Shown: positions 61,212 to 64,000 of the stretch, piece by piece | Numbering within the stretch: the stretch's first letter is position 1 | Layout: every line of letters begins with the position of its first letter | From: Lepidodermella squamata | Taxonomy: Eukaryota; Animalia; Gastrotricha | Assembly: GCA_047495785.1 (NCBI GenBank) | Contig: JBLDXI010000030.1 | Location: forward strand, 868,001-932,000 | Length of the DNA stretch: 64,000 bases | Direction of reading: 5' to 3' | Notes under the pieces: generated by a model | Seen by the model: only the letters and a program-made list of their open reading frames with translations | The model's database searches: none | What the model was told of the DNA's origin: nothing | Position numbers and translations under genes: made by a program

Positions 61212-62390
61212 TCAAGATAACATCCGGGAGAAAAGAGCAGCGTCCATAGCCATTACAATCAGGCCTGCCGCTAAAGCCACCGCCAGGTCAAGAAAACGAT
61301 GCAAAGGCATTTTAAACGATTTATGCAGTTTGACAACGCGAGCTTTCACAGACTCAGTGATACTGGGGCTGAAGCAAGTATATGCCGTGATTATAACTGC
61401 AACGACGAATTTAACCGCTATCATGTAGACAAGGTAGACGTGAGCCGATGTTGTTGGCATCATGCCAAAAATCAAGGTCAGAAATACCACGTAGGAAAGA
61501 ACAACAGTCACACAAAACGAGGATTGGTCCCTGTTTATGGGCTCTGCTATGAGGGAAACGACTTGAAGGATGAACAGTGTGATAGTTGGGACGAAGATGT
61601 TGCAGACGTAGTAGCCACTTTTACGCCGAAATCGAATGGTCATGTTAACTCGGCTAACACCATACGCTCCTTTATCCTGCAAACATGCATAGCTGCTGTA
61701 CTCGAGTGGCTCGACAAGTGACCATATATCAGTATCAACGATGAAGGTATCTTGGGCGGAGACATCGATATCAAATGATTGAAGGTTGAACTTCACGTCT
61801 TTTAGAATTTCAGCGGATTCAAAAACTAGCGTGCAGGCTTGCGTATCAAAAGGGAATTTCCGATAGCTGAAATCCGTGCACGAGACGTCGAATCTGTCAA
61901 AAATGTAGTAACCCATTTCACGACCACGAAATGGAAAGGTGTAGACCCGTTCACCTATTTTGCGATTGAAAACAGGCGACCCAAAAGCAGTCAAGTGATA
62001 GATCCCAGGAGTCCAAATATCTAACGCCGATGTCATGAACGAGAGCCCGGCCGGATCGACAGTCTTGCACTCCGTTTCAGATAGCAAATCGGTGCATTTA
62101 GGAGTTTCGCATGGCAATTCCCAATTCAGAGCCAGAGATGCGAGTAAAGACAGCTTTTGATCCACATCGTCGATTCCAACAAACCGATGAAGGGCAATTT
62201 TGATGTTGACGACAAGCGGGCCACTTCTGTTAGAATGGAGCGCTTGTTCCAACGTTAAACTTTTAGAACGAGCTGCTGGGCAAAATTTAACGTATTTCGC
62301 CTCGAACTCTTCAGCAGGCGAAAAAGCAGCTCCCATTGAAGATTGCCCAACTACACTAAACGTGCTCAGTATAACTATAAGCGATACCAT
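61212..62390 (-). CDS. Divergent Cys-loop pLGIC subunit (LGIC-12), intronless; close paralog of LGIC-11
   Basis: Likely ATG 62390 (MVSLIVILSTFSVV signal peptide); Cys-loop CTDFSYRKFPFDTQAC; M1-M2 region identical in protein to LGIC-11. Confidence 0.92.
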   Translation of the reverse strand: MVSLIVILSTFSVVGQSSMGAAFSPAEEFEAKYVKFCPAARSKSLTLEQALHSNRSGPLVVNIKIALHRFVGIDDVDQKLSLLASLALNWELPCETPKCTDLLSETECKTVDPAGLSFMTSALDIWTPGIYHLTAFGSPVFNRKIGERVYTFPFRGREMGYYIFDRFDVSCTDFSYRKFPFDTQACTLVFESAEILKDVKFNLQSFDIDVSAQDTFIVDTDIWSLVEPLEYSSYACLQDKGAYGVSRVNMTIRFRRKSGYYVCNIFVPTITLFILQVVSLIAEPINRDQSSFCVTVVLSYVVFLTLIFGMMPTTSAHVYLVYMIAVKFVVAVIITAYTCFSPSITESVKARVVKLHKSFKMPLHRFLDLAVALAAGLIVMAMDAALFSRMLS

Positions 62391-62646
62391 GTCGGTTAAG
62401 GTTAAGCTTTTCGATCTGGAAGCAAGCATTCTCCGTTGATGATTGCTCGTTAAATAAAGCTCATCGATCAAGCAAACCATCGCGTCAAATTTCCTGTTAA
62501 ACGTTGGCATGGATTTAACTCCACGGAAATCAAGATACCAAGATAGTCATCGTGAATCGTGAGCAATTTAATCTCACTTCTGCACCTTGCACTCTTCTAG
62601 CTCTTGAACTATAGCCAGAACTACAGATTTTCGCGTTTCGCCTCTA

Positions 62647-63497
62647 CAGGGTGTTCGCGTAGTAATACTCTAACTAAATTTAGATGAGATCGAAGTCCAA
62701 GCTATTTTTAGTTGCACTAATGATGCGGCGTGGTTATTATTTTTGTCTTAGTCTGGTCAACAAATTTTGTCAGTCAGCAAATTTTTTATTTGCAATAAAA
62801 ATCAAGATTAAGATGCCTCGATACCAACAATATACTGCTGTGCAGCGTGCCGAAATGGTAGAACTGTATTTCACTAATGGTAGTAATGCTCACGCAGTCG
62901 AGCGAATTTTCAAAGAAAAATATCCAAAATCAACCCTCACCTACCACACGGTTCTCTACCAAGTGAAAAAACTGCGGGAATCAGGGGATTTAAAAGATCA
63001 TAAACAACCAGGTCGTTCTCCAAGTGTTGTCACCCCTGACAATGAAAACAAAGTCCTTGAATTCATTGAATTGAACCCGAAGGCCTCGCTGACTGAAATG
63101 TCGCGAACGTTGATTATCGGGAGAACATCGATTCACAAAATTTTATCCCTAAACAATTTCCACCCGTACAAAATGGTTTTCACCCAGGCTCTGCAAGTCG
63201 AAGATTACCAGAAAAGGGTAAATTTCTGCAACTGGCTGCTAGAAAAAGAGGACGATGAGCTGGAACATTTTTTGACGCAAATTCTTGTCGGCGATGAGGC
63301 GCTGTTCCGTGTGAATGGCTACTTCAATAAGCAAAATGTTCGTTATTGGTCAAAGGCTGGCCAAAATCCTCATGCGGTAATCGATGCAAATGATCAGAGC
63401 GCTGAGAGAGTAATGGTTTGGTGTGGCATATGGGGGGATAGCGTGATTGGCCCATTCTTTTACGATCGATCTGTAACAGGACAATCTTACTTGGAAA
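62647..63497 (+). mobile_element. Truncated Tc1/mariner-superfamily element (N-terminal HTH, transposase ATG 62813)
   Basis: TA-CAGGGTGTT left end; HTH region, GRS linker, first catalytic D in VGDEALF, NKQNVRYW, VMVWCGI, IGPFF. Similarity stops after SYLEI, so the later catalytic residues and right TIR are missing. Confidence 0.85.
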
Positions 63498-63857
63498 TTG
63501 GCGACATTTCCTATACATTCGTTGCGCTTTCGACACGATTTGATCTTCAGTGCGTCCAGGAAAACGAAGTAAAAACCACTTGTCCCGCTTTTCGTACCGT
63601 CGGACACGCCCGATAGTCGGATATGCACCGGCTTTCACGCACGCATCAACAAATAGGCTGATGTCCGTAACTTCATCTTCAGTCCATGAAGAATTTGAGG
63701 AAATCACTAAAAATTGAATTTTAAAATTTGTAACCTTAATGAAATAACCCTTACGGAGCTCAGCAGCCTCCATTGCATCTTCTATTACTGGAGGAGGTGG
63801 AGGTAAGCCTAATCTTTCAAAACGCGGCTGTTCCGGTTGTTGTTTTTTTGGAGCCAT
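63490..63857 (-). CDS. Small spliced Myb/SANT-like ORF abutting the truncated transposase
   Basis: SWTEDEV...RFPGRTEDQIVSKAQRM resembles a Myb/SANT helix-turn-helix; plausible intron gtaagg...ttttag around 63754-63708. Confidence 0.4.
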
Positions 63858-64000
63858 GTGCGGATAAAAACTTATGCGAAATTTTACGGAAAATTTTTAA
63901 ATGACGCACATATACCGGGGTTTTTATAGCGCAGTGGCAATCGCCCAGATCGTTCAGATCGGACAGATCGCACGGTTCTGCACGTCTTGCCAACGTTTTT

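Noticed and set aside
416-62390. Assigning nAChR gene symbols (CHRNA/CHRNB) to the channels
   Set aside because: The key ACh-binding residues are absent, and orthology cannot be established without phylogeny.

Overview
Eukaryotic (invertebrate metazoan-type) genomic DNA with compact genes and ~46-60 bp introns; the exact lineage cannot be determined from the sequence alone. Two things dominate the window. First, a ~16.9 kb, highly homogeneous 178-bp satellite array (~95 copies, 9672-26553). Second, a dense cluster of 12 divergent Cys-loop pentameric ligand-gated ion channel (pLGIC) genes. They lack the acetylcholine-binding aromatic residues and vicinal cysteines, have tiny M3-M4 loops and carry extra extracellular cysteines. 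One is a ~1,182-aa chimera with an EGF/CUB-rich ectodomain fused in frame to a complete channel subunit. Interspersed are five GPI-anchor-type Ly6/three-finger (quiver-like) genes, a spliced 95-aa secreted double-knottin-like peptide missed by the ORF track, a CYP2-clan P450, a divergent GABA-B-like class C GPCR, a signal-peptide-bearing ankyrin-repeat protein, a papain-family protease and an orphan multipass membrane protein. There are also several MITEs and transposase remnants. Best overall hypothesis (inference): an expanded, possibly chemosensory pLGIC family co-clustered with toxin-fold endogenous modulators. All exon models were derived by hand from splice signals and frame continuity, without transcript evidence.
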